Shown in pieces: positions 37,735 through 47,776 of a stretch of DNA of 64,000 nucleotides; position 1 is the stretch's first letter; each line of letters begins with the position of its first letter. This DNA comes from Armatimonadota bacterium (GTDB lineage Bacteria; Armatimonadota; UBA5829; DSUL01). Under the pieces are notes generated by a model. It made no database searches, had not been told where the DNA came from, and saw only the letters and a program-made list of their open reading frames with translations. Both the position numbers and the translations under genes were made by a program. Location: NCBI GenBank assembly GCA_039811685.1, contig JBDHZC010000001.1, forward strand, positions 832,001 to 896,000. The letters are read 5' to 3'.

Positions 37735-38943
37735 TCACCCGCCCACAAGCGCCTCTGCGGCAAGCCTGGCTGTCTCCCGCGCGATGACCAGCTCTTCATT
37801 GGTTGGAATAACCATTATACGCGCCCGGCTGCCGGGCCGACTGATGTCGCGTTCGCCGCGAACCCGGTCTTGATTGAGCTCATCGTCCAGTTCAACGCCG
37901 AGAAACTCCAGACCGTCACAGCATTTTGCCCGAACGACAGAGCTGTTCTCGCCAATGCCACCCGTAAATACGACAGCGTCCAGGCCACCCATCTCCGCAG
38001 CATATGCCCCAATGTATTTTCGCACCCGGTGACAGAAAACGTCGACTGCCAGTTTGGCGCGCTCATGGCCCTGCGCCGCCAGATCAGTGAGATCGCGCAT
38101 GTCGTTAGACTCACCAGAGAGTCCCTGCAGCCCACTCTCTTTGTTGATAAGCTCATCGATGCGCTCCGGACCCCAGCCCTGAGTTTCCATCAGAAAAGTG
38201 AGCACAGCCGGATCGATATCGCCGCAGCGCGTTCCCATCACCAGCCCTTCGGCGGGCGTCATGCCCATAGAGGTGTCCACCGCAACGCCGTCACGCACAG
38301 CCGTCATGCTGCAGCCATTTCCAAGGTGACAGGTGACGATCCGCGAGGGCGCAGCGCGCCCCAGGAGATCAATAGCGCGCGCGCTCACATACTGGTGAGA
38401 TGTTCCGTGAAAGCCGTAGCGCCGCACTTTGAGATCGGTGTACAAGTGGTAGGGCAAAGCATACATATAAGATACGGGAGGCATTGTTGAGTGAAAGGCT
38501 GTGTCGAAAACCGCTATTTGCGCAGCAGAGGGAAGCCTTTCAAAACACGCCCGGATACCGGTGACATTTGCGGGATTGTGCAATGGCGCCAGGTGTGAGA
38601 GACCGTGCAGCTCTTCCAGGATTTCAGGCGTCAGGCGCACGGACCGTGTGAAACTCTCGCCTCCGTGGACCACCCGATGCCCGACCGCATCTATCTGATC
38701 GATACTCTCCAGAGTCCCTTCCAGCAACAGATCGAAGACACAGTCGAGAGCTTCACGATGCCCGGAAAACGGCTGTTCCAGAACGTGTTCAGCGCCACCG
38801 GTAGGGCGATTGACGAGCCTGCCCACCTGAGAAGGTTGCCCCACGCGCTCAGCCAGCCCCGTCGCAAGCACCTTCTCCGAGCGCATGTCAAAGAGTTGGT
38901 ACTTCAGAGAAGAAGAACCGCTGTTAAGAACGAATATGATCAT
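37735..38943 (-). CDS. ackA: Acetate kinase
   Basis: VLNSGSSSLKY, GHRVVHGG, APLHNP, FDTAFH, YGFHGTSH, HLGNG, FTGGIGEN, PTNEE. Confidence 0.97.
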   Translation of the reverse strand: MIIFVLNSGSSSLKYQLFDMRSEKVLATGLAERVGQPSQVGRLVNRPTGGAEHVLEQPFSGHREALDCVFDLLLEGTLESIDQIDAVGHRVVHGGESFTRSVRLTPEILEELHGLSHLAPLHNPANVTGIRACFERLPSAAQIAVFDTAFHSTMPPVSYMYALPYHLYTDLKVRRYGFHGTSHQYVSARAIDLLGRAAPSRIVTCHLGNGCSMTAVRDGVAVDTSMGMTPAEGLVMGTRCGDIDPAVLTFLMETQGWGPERIDELINKESGLQGLSGESNDMRDLTDLAAQGHERAKLAVDVFCHRVRKYIGAYAAEMGGLDAVVFTGGIGENSSVVRAKCCDGLEFLGVELDDELNQDRVRGERDISRPGSRARIMVIPTNEELVIARETARLAAEALVGG

Positions 38944-39039
38944 TTCTACTCCGCCAGGACGACCGCCGCCATCGGTCATTGAGGGCAAGTCCTAATCAGC
39001 TTGCGCCAACACTGGCGAGCATACAATGCAACAAAGCGC

Positions 39040-40083
39040 CTAAGACGCAACAGAAGGGGCGTGCGCAACGGAGTCTTCCGCCTGACACGCCGTGATCGCC
39101 ACCATCTGCACAATATCACTGGCCGAGCAGCCTCGGGACAGATCGTTCACGGGGCGCGCCACTCCCTGCAAAATCGGCCCGAGCGCTGTGGCTTTGGCAA
39201 GGCGCTCAGTCAGCTTGTAGGCTATGTTACCAGCGGCCAAATTCGGAAAGATCAGCACATTGGCCTTGCCGCCGACTGGACTGCCCGGCGCCTTCTTTCC
39301 CGCAACCCATGGCACAAGCGCGGCGTCCGCCTGCAACTCTCCGTCTATGAGAAGATCCGGCTCCCGCTCCCGCACAATAGCCGTGGCATGGGCGACTTTG
39401 GTCGGCCACTCATGCTGGGCGCTTCCCTTGGTGCTGAAGCTCAACATTGCGATGCGTGGATCCGGCCCCACTAACTGCCTGAACGAACGCGCGGCGCTGA
39501 TAGCGATTTCGGCAAGCTGCCGCTCGTCAGGATCAATCACAAGCCCGCAGTCCGCATATATCAGAGCTCCATTGACGCCAAACGACGTATCCGGAAGCAG
39601 CATCAGAAAACAGCTTGAGACAAGTGAGAAACCCGGAGCGGTTTTCAGGACCTGCAAGGCAGGACGCACGATGTCGGCAGTGGCATGGGTCGCGCCGGAG
39701 ACCAGCCCATCCGCATCCCCTGCCTTTATGGCCAGTACAGGATAGTAGAGGTTCTTTCCAGCAAGTCGCAGGGCCTCTTCCCGCTCCATACCCTTGTGCT
39801 GACGAAGCTGGTAGAGAAGCTCAGCATAGCGCGCCGTGCTCTCGGAGGTTGCTGGATCGATTATTTCGATGTCACCTGTGCTGCCACCCAGGCTTCGGAT
39901 CTGAGCTGCAACAACATCCGGTTCGCCCAGAACAACCAGGCGAGCCAAGCCCTGGCGCGCCACCTCTACGGCAGCCTGGGCAATGCGCTCATCGCCCCCT
40001 TCTGCCAGAATAATACGCCGCTGGAGCGCCCGGGCCTTCTCAAAGAGACAGTCGAGTACTGTTGGTTTTATCGCTGTAGTCAC
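39040..40083 (-). CDS. pta: Phosphate acetyltransferase (short form)
   Basis: [54 protein letters not shown]. Confidence 0.93.
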   Translation of the reverse strand: MTTAIKPTVLDCLFEKARALQRRIILAEGGDERIAQAAVEVARQGLARLVVLGEPDVVAAQIRSLGGSTGDIEIIDPATSESTARYAELLYQLRQHKGMEREEALRLAGKNLYYPVLAIKAGDADGLVSGATHATADIVRPALQVLKTAPGFSLVSSCFLMLLPDTSFGVNGALIYADCGLVIDPDERQLAEIAISAARSFRQLVGPDPRIAMLSFSTKGSAQHEWPTKVAHATAIVREREPDLLIDGELQADAALVPWVAGKKAPGSPVGGKANVLIFPNLAAGNIAYKLTERLAKATALGPILQGVARPVNDLSRGCSASDIVQMVAITACQAEDSVAHAPSVAS

Positions 40084-40643
40084 GGCTTCACAGCGCGGAC
40101 ATCCTTATGATCGAGTTTTTGGCGACCACGGTCTATTGTGCCCATTATTCTCCCCAGAAAGGCATCAAGGCTCGCCAGAACCTCTTTTGCATACTGATCA
40201 GCCCCAAACCGAATCTCGGCAGCCCGCTTCTCGGCAGCCTCAACAACACGGAGAGCTTCGGCGTTTGCCTGGCGCGTTACTTCACTCTGAGAAACCATCT
40301 GCTGAGCGCGCTCACGGGCGTCCTGCAGATAACGATCGGCCTCCTGTCTCACACTGTCCATCGTCTGGCGCACTTCGTCTTTGGTCTCTTCCAGGAGCTT
40401 TTCGCTGTCGCGAGACATGCGGTTGGCGCGCTTGAGATCCTCGGGAAGAAAAGCGCGAATCTTGTTGGTATAGACGAAGAATTCATCTGCGTTGACCCAC
40501 ATCGCTCTGCCAAAGATTTGCATGGAATCTTCGACAAGCTGCTCCAGTCTGTCCAGCAGCTTGATGATGTCCACTGGCGTCGCCGAGTCCCGGTTCAGTC
40601 CGGACGACGGCAAGCCCGTTACCACGTGATGTTGATCGATCAT
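40080..40643 (-). CDS. Coiled-coil DivIVA/SepIVA-like protein conserved downstream of coaD
   Basis: [26 protein letters not shown] pattern, heptad-rich; overlaps both coaD and pta by 4 bp. Confidence 0.7.
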   Translation of the reverse strand: MIDQHHVVTGLPSSGLNRDSATPVDIIKLLDRLEQLVEDSMQIFGRAMWVNADEFFVYTNKIRAFLPEDLKRANRMSRDSEKLLEETKDEVRQTMDSVRQEADRYLQDARERAQQMVSQSEVTRQANAEALRVVEAAEKRAAEIRFGADQYAKEVLASLDAFLGRIMGTIDRGRQKLDHKDVRAVKP

Positions 40644-41143
40644 TCTCGCTCTCCTAAGGCAATCTCGGTCTGCAATTTTTTGATCAGGAAGTCCTCCACA
40701 ACTCCCGGCACCAACCCCTTTACGCTTCCACCCAGCGCCGCAATCTCCTTCACGATACTGGAGCTAAGATAGGAGTGTTCGGTTGTTGTCATCATAAAGA
40801 CCGTGTGAACCTCCGGGGCGAGGCGGCGGTTCATCTGAGCCATCTGCAGTTCAAACTCAAAATCCGACACAGCGCGCAACCCCTTGACAATGGCACGGGC
40901 GCCGTGGGCCAAGGCGTAGTTTACCAGAAGTCCGGAGAAGCAGTCCACAGATACATTTGAAAAAGATTCACAGACTTTTCTGAGCAGGCTCAGACGCTCT
41001 TGGGTGGTGAAAAGAGGATTCTTCTGCGTGTTGGGAGCGACAGCCACAATGACTTTGTCAAAAAGATGGGCGGCCCGCTCGATAATGTCCAGATGTCCGC
41101 TGGTTACGGGATCGAAGCTGCCGGGATAGACTGCTGTTGTCAT
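40640..41143 (-). CDS. coaD: Phosphopantetheine adenylyltransferase
   Basis: AVYPGSFDPVTSGHLDII, KGLRAVSDFEFE, LSSSIVKE; ATG at 41143. Confidence 0.97.
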   Translation of the reverse strand: MTTAVYPGSFDPVTSGHLDIIERAAHLFDKVIVAVAPNTQKNPLFTTQERLSLLRKVCESFSNVSVDCFSGLLVNYALAHGARAIVKGLRAVSDFEFELQMAQMNRRLAPEVHTVFMMTTTEHSYLSSSIVKEIAALGGSVKGLVPGVVEDFLIKKLQTEIALGERE

Positions 41144-41177
41144 GGCAATGGCTCCTGTTCCTCTGTATGTTTGCGCA

Positions 41178-43316
41178 TCAGGCGACTGTCTCCAGGAGCT
41201 GCTCGCGGTACTTGCGAGCGACAACTTCCCGAATGCCGCGATGCTCCTGTTTTTTCAGGTGCGGGTCGGAAGCGACGATCTCCGCCGCTTTTGCCCTGCT
41301 AATCTCAAGAATTGGCACATCTCGAATCACGTCAGCGATCTTGAACGCTGGCAGCCCAGACTGCTTCGTGCCAAAAAACTCTCCAGGACCCCGAATCAGC
41401 AGGTCCTGCTCCGCAATCTGAAAGCCATCGTTGGTTGACTCCATAACCGCCATGCGCTGAGACGAATCTTCTGAGGTAGTGTCCGACAAAAGCACGCAAA
41501 AAGCCTGCTGATCTGAGCGCCCCACCCTCCCGCGAAGCTGATGCAGTTGCGCCAGCCCGTAGCGCTCCGCATTTTCGACCACTATGACGTTGGCCCCGGG
41601 CACGTCCACGCCAACTTCAACGACGGTGGTGGCCACCAGCACATCGCAGGTATGAGCGCGGAAAGCCTCAATGGCGGCCTGCTTTTCGTCGCGCTTCATC
41701 TGCCCGTGAAGAAGTCCCACCCTGTACTCGGGAAAGACATTTTGCTGGAGATCTTCGGCCAGATCGCTGGCGGCGCGCGCCATCACTTTCTCAGAATCCG
41801 AAACAAGCGGGCACACGACAAAGGCCTGCCCGCCCTTCTGAAGAATAGAGCGCACACCCTCATAGACCCGAGAGCGCTGCTGGAGTGGCTTGTGGTGTGT
41901 CTTTACCGGCTTTCGACCGGAGGGAAGCTCATCGAGTATGGAAATGTCCAGGTCGCCGTACACTGTCATAGTCAGTGTTCTTGGAATCGGTGTGGCTGTC
42001 ATGACGAGCATGTCCGGGTTCTCCCCCTTCTGCCTCAGCGCGGCGCGCTGCTTCACACCGAATTTGTGCTGCTCATCAACAACAACCAGCCCAAGGCGGT
42101 AGAAATTGACACCCTCCTGAACCAGCGCATGTGTTCCGATGAGAATATCCGTATGCCCCGCCTCAAGGCTCGCGAGGGCGTTGCGCTTGAGCTTGACGGG
42201 CATGCTCCCGAACAGAACATCCACGCGAAGCCCCAAATCTTCAGCGAGGCGCTCGACGTTGAAGAAGTGTTGCTCGGCCAGAACTTCAGTCGGCGCCATC
42301 AACGCGCTCTGGTAGCCATTTCGCGACGCCAGCAACATAGCGCCCAGCGCGACCACAGTTTTTCCGGAACCAACGTCTCCCTGAACCAGCCGGTTCATCG
42401 GGTGCGGGCGGCCCATGTCCGCCCATATTTCCGTGATCACACGCTTCTGAGCGTTCGTGAGAATGAATGGGAGCGTACGCTGCAGAGCGCCAAGCGCGCC
42501 TGGGTCCGCCTTGAAAGCAATACCCTGAAGCCCCTCACCCTCAGCGTGCCTCATCTGAGCCAGCGCCACCTGCAGATACAGAAACTCCTCAAATACCAGC
42601 CGCCTTCGCGCGGCAGCGTTCTCTTCTTCGGACTGTGCCCAGTGAATGGCCCGGTGCGCGGACACAACGTCCATCAGATTCAGATCCGAGCGCAACTGCG
42701 TGGACAAGTTTTCTGGCATATCTTGTACATACTGCTGCACACATCTCTGAAGAAGCTGGCGCATTCTGGTCTGGGTGAGTCCCTCCGTCAGACGATAGAC
42801 AGGGACAAACCGGCCATACGACCAGGGGTCAGAGTCACCCTCGGCAAGCACTTCTACATCCGGTGCGTTCATTTCAGAGCCGAACTGCCCGTAGCGCACC
42901 TGGCCATAGACGATGATTTCAGAGCCACGCAGTCTGACAAAGCGCTCTTTCAACCACGACTGGTTGAAAAAAACAAGGACCAGCGTCCCCGTTTCATCTT
43001 CCGCTGCCACGCGTATGATGTTCAGCCGGCGGCGAGCAGCCTGGCGGGCGTCCACGTCGGTCACGCGTAGCCGCAGAGTGGCATACTGCCCATCGCGCAG
43101 GCGAGAGACACACTCCAGACGGGTTCGATCTTCATAGCGCGCGGGGTAATACTCCAGAAGGTCGCGCACAGTGTGAATGTCGAGTTTCTCGAGCGTGCGG
43201 GCGAGTGAAGGCCCGACCCCTTTCAAAAACTGAACATTCGTTTCAAGACTACCAGAAGATCGGTGGCCTGGAGCGTGAGAGGGCGATAGTTGTGTGCCCG
43301 GAGCAGAACTGCGCAT
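41178..43316 (-). CDS. recG: ATP-dependent DNA helicase RecG
   Basis: LKGVGP, wedge/OB domain, MNRLVQGDVGSGKT, DEQHKFG, MTATPIPR, QLHQLRGRVGR, RGPGEFFG.QSG. Confidence 0.97.
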   Translation of the reverse strand: MRSSAPGTQLSPSHAPGHRSSGSLETNVQFLKGVGPSLARTLEKLDIHTVRDLLEYYPARYEDRTRLECVSRLRDGQYATLRLRVTDVDARQAARRRLNIIRVAAEDETGTLVLVFFNQSWLKERFVRLRGSEIIVYGQVRYGQFGSEMNAPDVEVLAEGDSDPWSYGRFVPVYRLTEGLTQTRMRQLLQRCVQQYVQDMPENLSTQLRSDLNLMDVVSAHRAIHWAQSEEENAAARRRLVFEEFLYLQVALAQMRHAEGEGLQGIAFKADPGALGALQRTLPFILTNAQKRVITEIWADMGRPHPMNRLVQGDVGSGKTVVALGAMLLASRNGYQSALMAPTEVLAEQHFFNVERLAEDLGLRVDVLFGSMPVKLKRNALASLEAGHTDILIGTHALVQEGVNFYRLGLVVVDEQHKFGVKQRAALRQKGENPDMLVMTATPIPRTLTMTVYGDLDISILDELPSGRKPVKTHHKPLQQRSRVYEGVRSILQKGGQAFVVCPLVSDSEKVMARAASDLAEDLQQNVFPEYRVGLLHGQMKRDEKQAAIEAFRAHTCDVLVATTVVEVGVDVPGANVIVVENAERYGLAQLHQLRGRVGRSDQQAFCVLLSDTTSEDSSQRMAVMESTNDGFQIAEQDLLIRGPGEFFGTKQSGLPAFKIADVIRDVPILEISRAKAAEIVASDPHLKKQEHRGIREVVARKYREQLLETVA

Positions 43317-43569
43317 GGCTCATTATTATAGCGCTGAGGCGATGCTCAGGTCTATTGTAAGTTTTGGAGGATATGCAGGCATCTTGACGCAACAGGGAAC
43401 GAACCAGACAACCTCCTACGCTGTTGTAATGGTATCAGGCGTAAACGTTTGACTGAGATTTGGAGTCTAAACGATTATCTGGGCAAACCTGTCCGCACCC
43501 GGGAGAATCCGCGGACAGGCGAGCTTCAGAGAGTCCAATGCCGGGGGAAATACCTGTTGTTGTCCACAA

Positions 43570-44226
43570 ATGGGAACCACCCCAAAACGAGCGCGCGTAA
43601 GAGAGGATGTGGAACTCACCGTGACCGACAAAACTGAAGCTCTAACAAAAGCTGTTGGCGATGAGCGCACAAGCGGGCATCAGAGGGAGTTTGAGCAGTT
43701 AGTCAGGCGACACAGCGCGGCCGCGTTCAACGTAGCCTATCGAATGACGGGCAATCGATCAGATGCAGAGGATCTGACCCAGGAGACGTTCCTGCGGGCG
43801 TTCAGATTCTTTGGCAACTATCGCCGCGACTATCCATTCGAGAGCTGGCTTTACAAGATAATGTCCAACCTCTGGATCGACACGCTGCGCAGGCGTCCAA
43901 AAGCAGGAATGCCGGTTTCGCTGGATCAGCCTGTTGGGCCAGATCAGCAGACTATGGACTTCCCGGACGACGAGCCAACGCCTGAGACCCAGCTTTTGGA
44001 GAGCACGCTGGATCACAGAGTACAGAAAGCGCTGGACGGGCTGTCCAGGCCGTTCCGTACAGCCGTCATACTGGCCGATATTGAGGGGCTCTCTTACGAA
44101 GAGATCGCCGATATTATGAAGTGCTCAATCGGAACGGTGAGATCACGAATACACCGTGGACGCCGATCCATGAGACAGAAACTCGGCAGCATGGAGGATT
44201 TCCTGGAAGAGAAGAGCCGGGAGTAG
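43570..44226 (+). CDS. ECF RNA polymerase sigma factor (SigE/SigH-like)
   Basis: DAEDLTQETFLRA, FESWLYKI, EGLSYEEIA..IGTVRSRIHRGR. Start may be a later GTG. Confidence 0.92.
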   Translation: MGTTPKRARVREDVELTVTDKTEALTKAVGDERTSGHQREFEQLVRRHSAAAFNVAYRMTGNRSDAEDLTQETFLRAFRFFGNYRRDYPFESWLYKIMSNLWIDTLRRRPKAGMPVSLDQPVGPDQQTMDFPDDEPTPETQLLESTLDHRVQKALDGLSRPFRTAVILADIEGLSYEEIADIMKCSIGTVRSRIHRGRRSMRQKLGSMEDFLEEKSRE

Positions 44227-44255
44227 AGCGCGAGGGCGGCGAGGACGCAAAGACT

Positions 44256-44828
44256 ATGAATTGTGGACGAATTGACAGATTAATATCCGCTTACCTTGAC
44301 GGAGAGCTCTCTGGTATCGAAATGATGCTGGTGCGTGATCACGTTCGAAACTGCCAGGCGTGCGAAGCGTTGCTGGAAAGTGAGAGACGCTTGAAGCAGG
44401 TGCTGTCGAGGCTGTCACCGGTCCGACCGGCGGCTGGCTTTGAAGCGAGGCTCCTGGAGTCTCTGAACTACGCGCAGATACCCTTTACTCACAAGGCATG
44501 GCAGTGGCTCCAGCTTCATCTGTTCGGGCGCATTGAACCTGCGCGCGCCGCTGTGTTTGGCTGTGCCGTGCTGCTGCTGGTGGCTCTTGGACACTTTCCT
44601 CAGTATGGGGAGTGGAACGACGCCTTCGGCGAAAGACAGCGCTCAGCCAGTCTGGTGTCGGCGTTCCAGACGCCAGAACACGGTTCAGGTTTTGTTTCTG
44701 TGGCGGATATGGTCACACACCCTGAGCCCGCAATCACGCCATTTGCGCGGCGTAGCGTAGTGCATTCGGACGCACGGAGTCAAGGCGGCTTCTCTGTCTC
44801 GCTCGTAAGCGGGATGGTCGGCGAGTAA
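44256..44828 (+). CDS. Zinc-binding (zf-HC2) membrane anti-sigma factor
   Basis: MNC..LISAYLDGEL..HVRNCQAC (HxxxCxxC) plus one TM segment; follows the ECF sigma. Confidence 0.85.
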   Translation: MNCGRIDRLISAYLDGELSGIEMMLVRDHVRNCQACEALLESERRLKQVLSRLSPVRPAAGFEARLLESLNYAQIPFTHKAWQWLQLHLFGRIEPARAAVFGCAVLLLVALGHFPQYGEWNDAFGERQRSASLVSAFQTPEHGSGFVSVADMVTHPEPAITPFARRSVVHSDARSQGGFSVSLVSGMVGE

Positions 44829-44855
44829 CACAACGAATAACGGAGGAATCCACTG

Positions 44856-46340
44856 TTGTCTAAAGGGGTGTTCAAACTAACTCCTCAAGTCGCAGGAGTC
44901 GTGTCTGCGGCAATTCTGGGTGTAAGCCTGGTAGGTGGCGCTGCGCTCATTGCTCCGAAAATGCAAACGGGTACGGCAACCGCTGCAACCGCTACGGTAG
45001 CGCCAGAGCTACTTCAGTTACAGAATAGCTTCAGCGCTCTGGCTACTCAGGTTGAGCCTTCTGTTGTAAGCATTACGGCGGAGCGTAAGGTCAATGTAAG
45101 CTCAGGCATTCCTGACATTTTCCGCAATTTCCCATTTGGAAATGTGCCAGCTCCGCGCACCCGTTCCCGCACGCAGACCGTCGGAGGGTCGGGCGTAATT
45201 GTCAGATCAGATGGCTACATCCTTACGAATGACCACGTCGTGGGTGGAATGGACAACGTTGAGGTTAAGCTCGACGATGGCCGCAAGTTTCCAGGAAAGG
45301 TCCTGCGGGACTATGCTACCGATCTGGCTGTTGTGAAGATTGACGCGACAAACCTTCCCGCTGCGACACTTGCAGATTCGTCCAAAGTGAAGCCAGGCAA
45401 CTGGGCGATAGCCATTGGCAGCCCATTTGGCCTGTCCAACACTCTGACAGTCGGCGTTGTCAGCGCTCTGGAGCGTGAGAACGTAATTCCAGATTCGCAG
45501 GGCGGAGCGCGCTACTACGCCAGCCTGATTCAGACAGATGCCGCGATCAATCCGGGTAACAGCGGCGGACCGCTCCTGGATATTACGGGGAAGGTCATCG
45601 GCATCAACGTGATGATTGAATCCCCGTCCGGTGCGAACGCCGGTATTGGATTTGCGATTCCAAGCAATACCGCCCGCTTTGTGATGGATCAGTTGATCGC
45701 CAAAGGCAAAGTTGTGCGGGGCTACCTTGGCGTGGCTCCGAGTGATGTCGAACCGGCCGACGCGAAGCGCTACAAAGTGGAAAAAGGCGCGATAGTCAGC
45801 AGTGTTACGGACGATACACCGGCGAGCAAAGCTGGCATGCAGGTGGAAGACGTTATTGTCGAATTTAACGGTAAGCCCATCAAGGATGCGTTGAGCCTGC
45901 GCGAGATGGTCGCGCGCACTGAGCCGGGGACAAAAGCCGCCGTAGTTGTCGTGCGCAATGGAGAGCGCAAGACCTTGAATGTAACGGTTGGGACCTTCCC
46001 GGATCAGAACCCTTCCGGTGACTCTGAATCTACCACCGTTGGCAACAGGGAGACCCTGGGGGTAAGCGTTCAGTCACTGACTGCAGATATGCGCTCCCAG
46101 CTTGGGCTGGGCGCTAATGTTAAGGGCGTAGTAGTGTCGGATGTAGACTCCAGCGGGCCTGCGGCGGAAGCGGGGCTTCAGCAGGGAGACGTCATCCAAA
46201 AAGTCGATCAGAAGCCAGTCACTACGCCTGCAGAATTTCGCACGGCTGTGAAGAATCTGAAACCAGGTGACACGACCATTCTGGTGGTCAGGCGCAAGGA
46301 CAGCGTCCGCGCTGTCGAAGTGAATATTCCGCGCGAGTAG
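44856..46340 (+). CDS. degP: DegP/HtrA serine protease with two PDZ domains
   Basis: TNDHVV, DLAVVK, QTDAAINPGNSGGPL triad; PDZ domains starting RGYLGV and TLGVSV; N-terminal anchor. Confidence 0.93.
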   Translation: MSKGVFKLTPQVAGVVSAAILGVSLVGGAALIAPKMQTGTATAATATVAPELLQLQNSFSALATQVEPSVVSITAERKVNVSSGIPDIFRNFPFGNVPAPRTRSRTQTVGGSGVIVRSDGYILTNDHVVGGMDNVEVKLDDGRKFPGKVLRDYATDLAVVKIDATNLPAATLADSSKVKPGNWAIAIGSPFGLSNTLTVGVVSALERENVIPDSQGGARYYASLIQTDAAINPGNSGGPLLDITGKVIGINVMIESPSGANAGIGFAIPSNTARFVMDQLIAKGKVVRGYLGVAPSDVEPADAKRYKVEKGAIVSSVTDDTPASKAGMQVEDVIVEFNGKPIKDALSLREMVARTEPGTKAAVVVVRNGERKTLNVTVGTFPDQNPSGDSESTTVGNRETLGVSVQSLTADMRSQLGLGANVKGVVVSDVDSSGPAAEAGLQQGDVIQKVDQKPVTTPAEFRTAVKNLKPGDTTILVVRRKDSVRAVEVNIPRE

Positions 46341-46366
46341 AAAAGGACAAAAATCCAGAAAGGGTG

Positions 46367-46402
46367 AAGCCCGCTCCGAAGATTCTCGGGGCGGGCTTTT
46401 TT
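46367..46402 (+). terminator. Rho-independent terminator after degP
   Basis: AAGCCCGCTCCGA-AGATTC-TCGGGGCGGGCTT followed by a T run. Confidence 0.85.
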
Positions 46403-46512
46403 GTGTGAACTCTGCAAGCGCGCCTTCAGCTTCCCCGTCATAGATGTATCCTGTGACAAGGTCTTCAGGCTCTCTCGCACCGGAGGCGCGATGCCCGGCA
46501 AACGCGATAAAA

Positions 46513-47775
46513 TCAGAGAGCAGCAGGGGCTGAAGAGACAGGGCTTCCGGAAGCGGCGCGCTCTGCACTCAGAGCAGAAAACGGCTCCAGCGCGCGGTCG
46601 AGAATACCGTGAACTTTCGCGAGAGCGACGCCATAGTTCGTCATCGGCACTCCGAACTGGGCGGCCTCATGTTGTCGCCAGATCATCTCGCGGCGATTCA
46701 ACATACAGCCGCCGCAATGCACGATCAGATCGTAGCTTGAAACGTCATCGGGAAAATCGCGTCCTTTGGCAAAGCCGAACTCCAGCTCTGCGCCAACAAA
46801 CTTTCTCAGTGACCGGGGAATTTGCACTTTACCGATGTCGTCCGGCTGAGAATGGTGAGTGCAGGCTTCGGCGATGAGGACGCGACTTCCTGCGTGCAGA
46901 CTGTCTATCGCCTGTGCGCCCTGCACGAACATGTCGAGATCTCCGCGGTAGCGCGCCATGAGGATTGAAAAACTCGTCAGTCGGACCCCAGGTGGCGTGT
47001 CTTCGGCTACCTTCTGAAAGGCTTGCGAATCCGTAATGACGAGCGCTGGCGGTTCTTTCAAGCGCCCAAGAGCGTCCGTAAGCTCGCTTTCCCGTACGAC
47101 TACTGACAAAGCCCGCCTGTCAAGAACATCCCGAATCGTCATAACCTGCGGAAGGATGAGGCGGCCTTTCGGAGCGGCGTCATCAATAGGCGTCACGAGA
47201 ATCACGAGGTCGCCACGGGAGACCAGCCCGTCAAGAATTGTCGTGTCTCCAAATCCGGACGGAGCGTGGGAAATCAACAGGCCCTTCAAAGCTTCGACAT
47301 TGGTGCGATGCAGCGCGCTGAGCGCCACAAACGGCAGTCCCTGCGACTGCGCCCAGGCATCCCACACATCAGGTGACGCCTGGTCAGTCTTGTTGGCGAC
47401 GGCTATCAGCGGTATCTTAGCGTCAGCCAGGCGCTTGACGAGCGCATCCTCCCACTCTCCGGGTTGCTGTGACGAGTCCATAACCAGGACCGCCAGATCG
47501 GTGCGATCCAGAACTCTCATAGACTTCTCTATTCGCTTCTGCCCGAGCGCACCCGTATCATCCAGCCCGGCGGTGTCCGTGATCACCACCGGGCCAAGGG
47601 GCAGAATTTCCATCGCCTTTGCGACCGGATCTGTCGTCGTTCCAGCCACTTCGGAGACGATGGCGACGTCCTGTCCGGTCAGCGCGTTGATAAGACTGGA
47701 TTTTCCGCTGTTGCGCCGCCCGAAGATGCTGATATGCAGGCGCTCTCCAGACGGAGTCTGCTGAAGACTGCTCAC
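46513..47775 (-). CDS. hydF: [FeFe]-hydrogenase maturation GTPase HydF
   Basis: GRRNSGKSS, GTTTDPV, DTAG, NKTD, APKGRLILPQ, EACTHH...HCGGC; GTG at 47775 after AAGGAG. Confidence 0.95.
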   Translation of the reverse strand: MSSLQQTPSGERLHISIFGRRNSGKSSLINALTGQDVAIVSEVAGTTTDPVAKAMEILPLGPVVITDTAGLDDTGALGQKRIEKSMRVLDRTDLAVLVMDSSQQPGEWEDALVKRLADAKIPLIAVANKTDQASPDVWDAWAQSQGLPFVALSALHRTNVEALKGLLISHAPSGFGDTTILDGLVSRGDLVILVTPIDDAAPKGRLILPQVMTIRDVLDRRALSVVVRESELTDALGRLKEPPALVITDSQAFQKVAEDTPPGVRLTSFSILMARYRGDLDMFVQGAQAIDSLHAGSRVLIAEACTHHSQPDDIGKVQIPRSLRKFVGAELEFGFAKGRDFPDDVSSYDLIVHCGGCMLNRREMIWRQHEAAQFGVPMTNYGVALAKVHGILDRALEPFSALSAERAASGSPVSSAPAAL

Positions 47776-47776
47776 G

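Noticed and set aside
41541..43070. 509-aa plus-strand ORF
   Set aside because: Lies entirely antisense to recG; no protein motifs.
37054..43316. pta-ackA between coaD and yceD-rpmF-plsX as a novel arrangement
   Set aside because: Matches gene order known from Clostridia; ordinary housekeeping synteny.
43481..43540. GGGCAAACC followed by a stem, resembling a c-di-GMP-I riboswitch
   Set aside because: Lacks the GNRA tetraloop and the downstream GACGCAAAGC segment; kept only as a generic hairpin.
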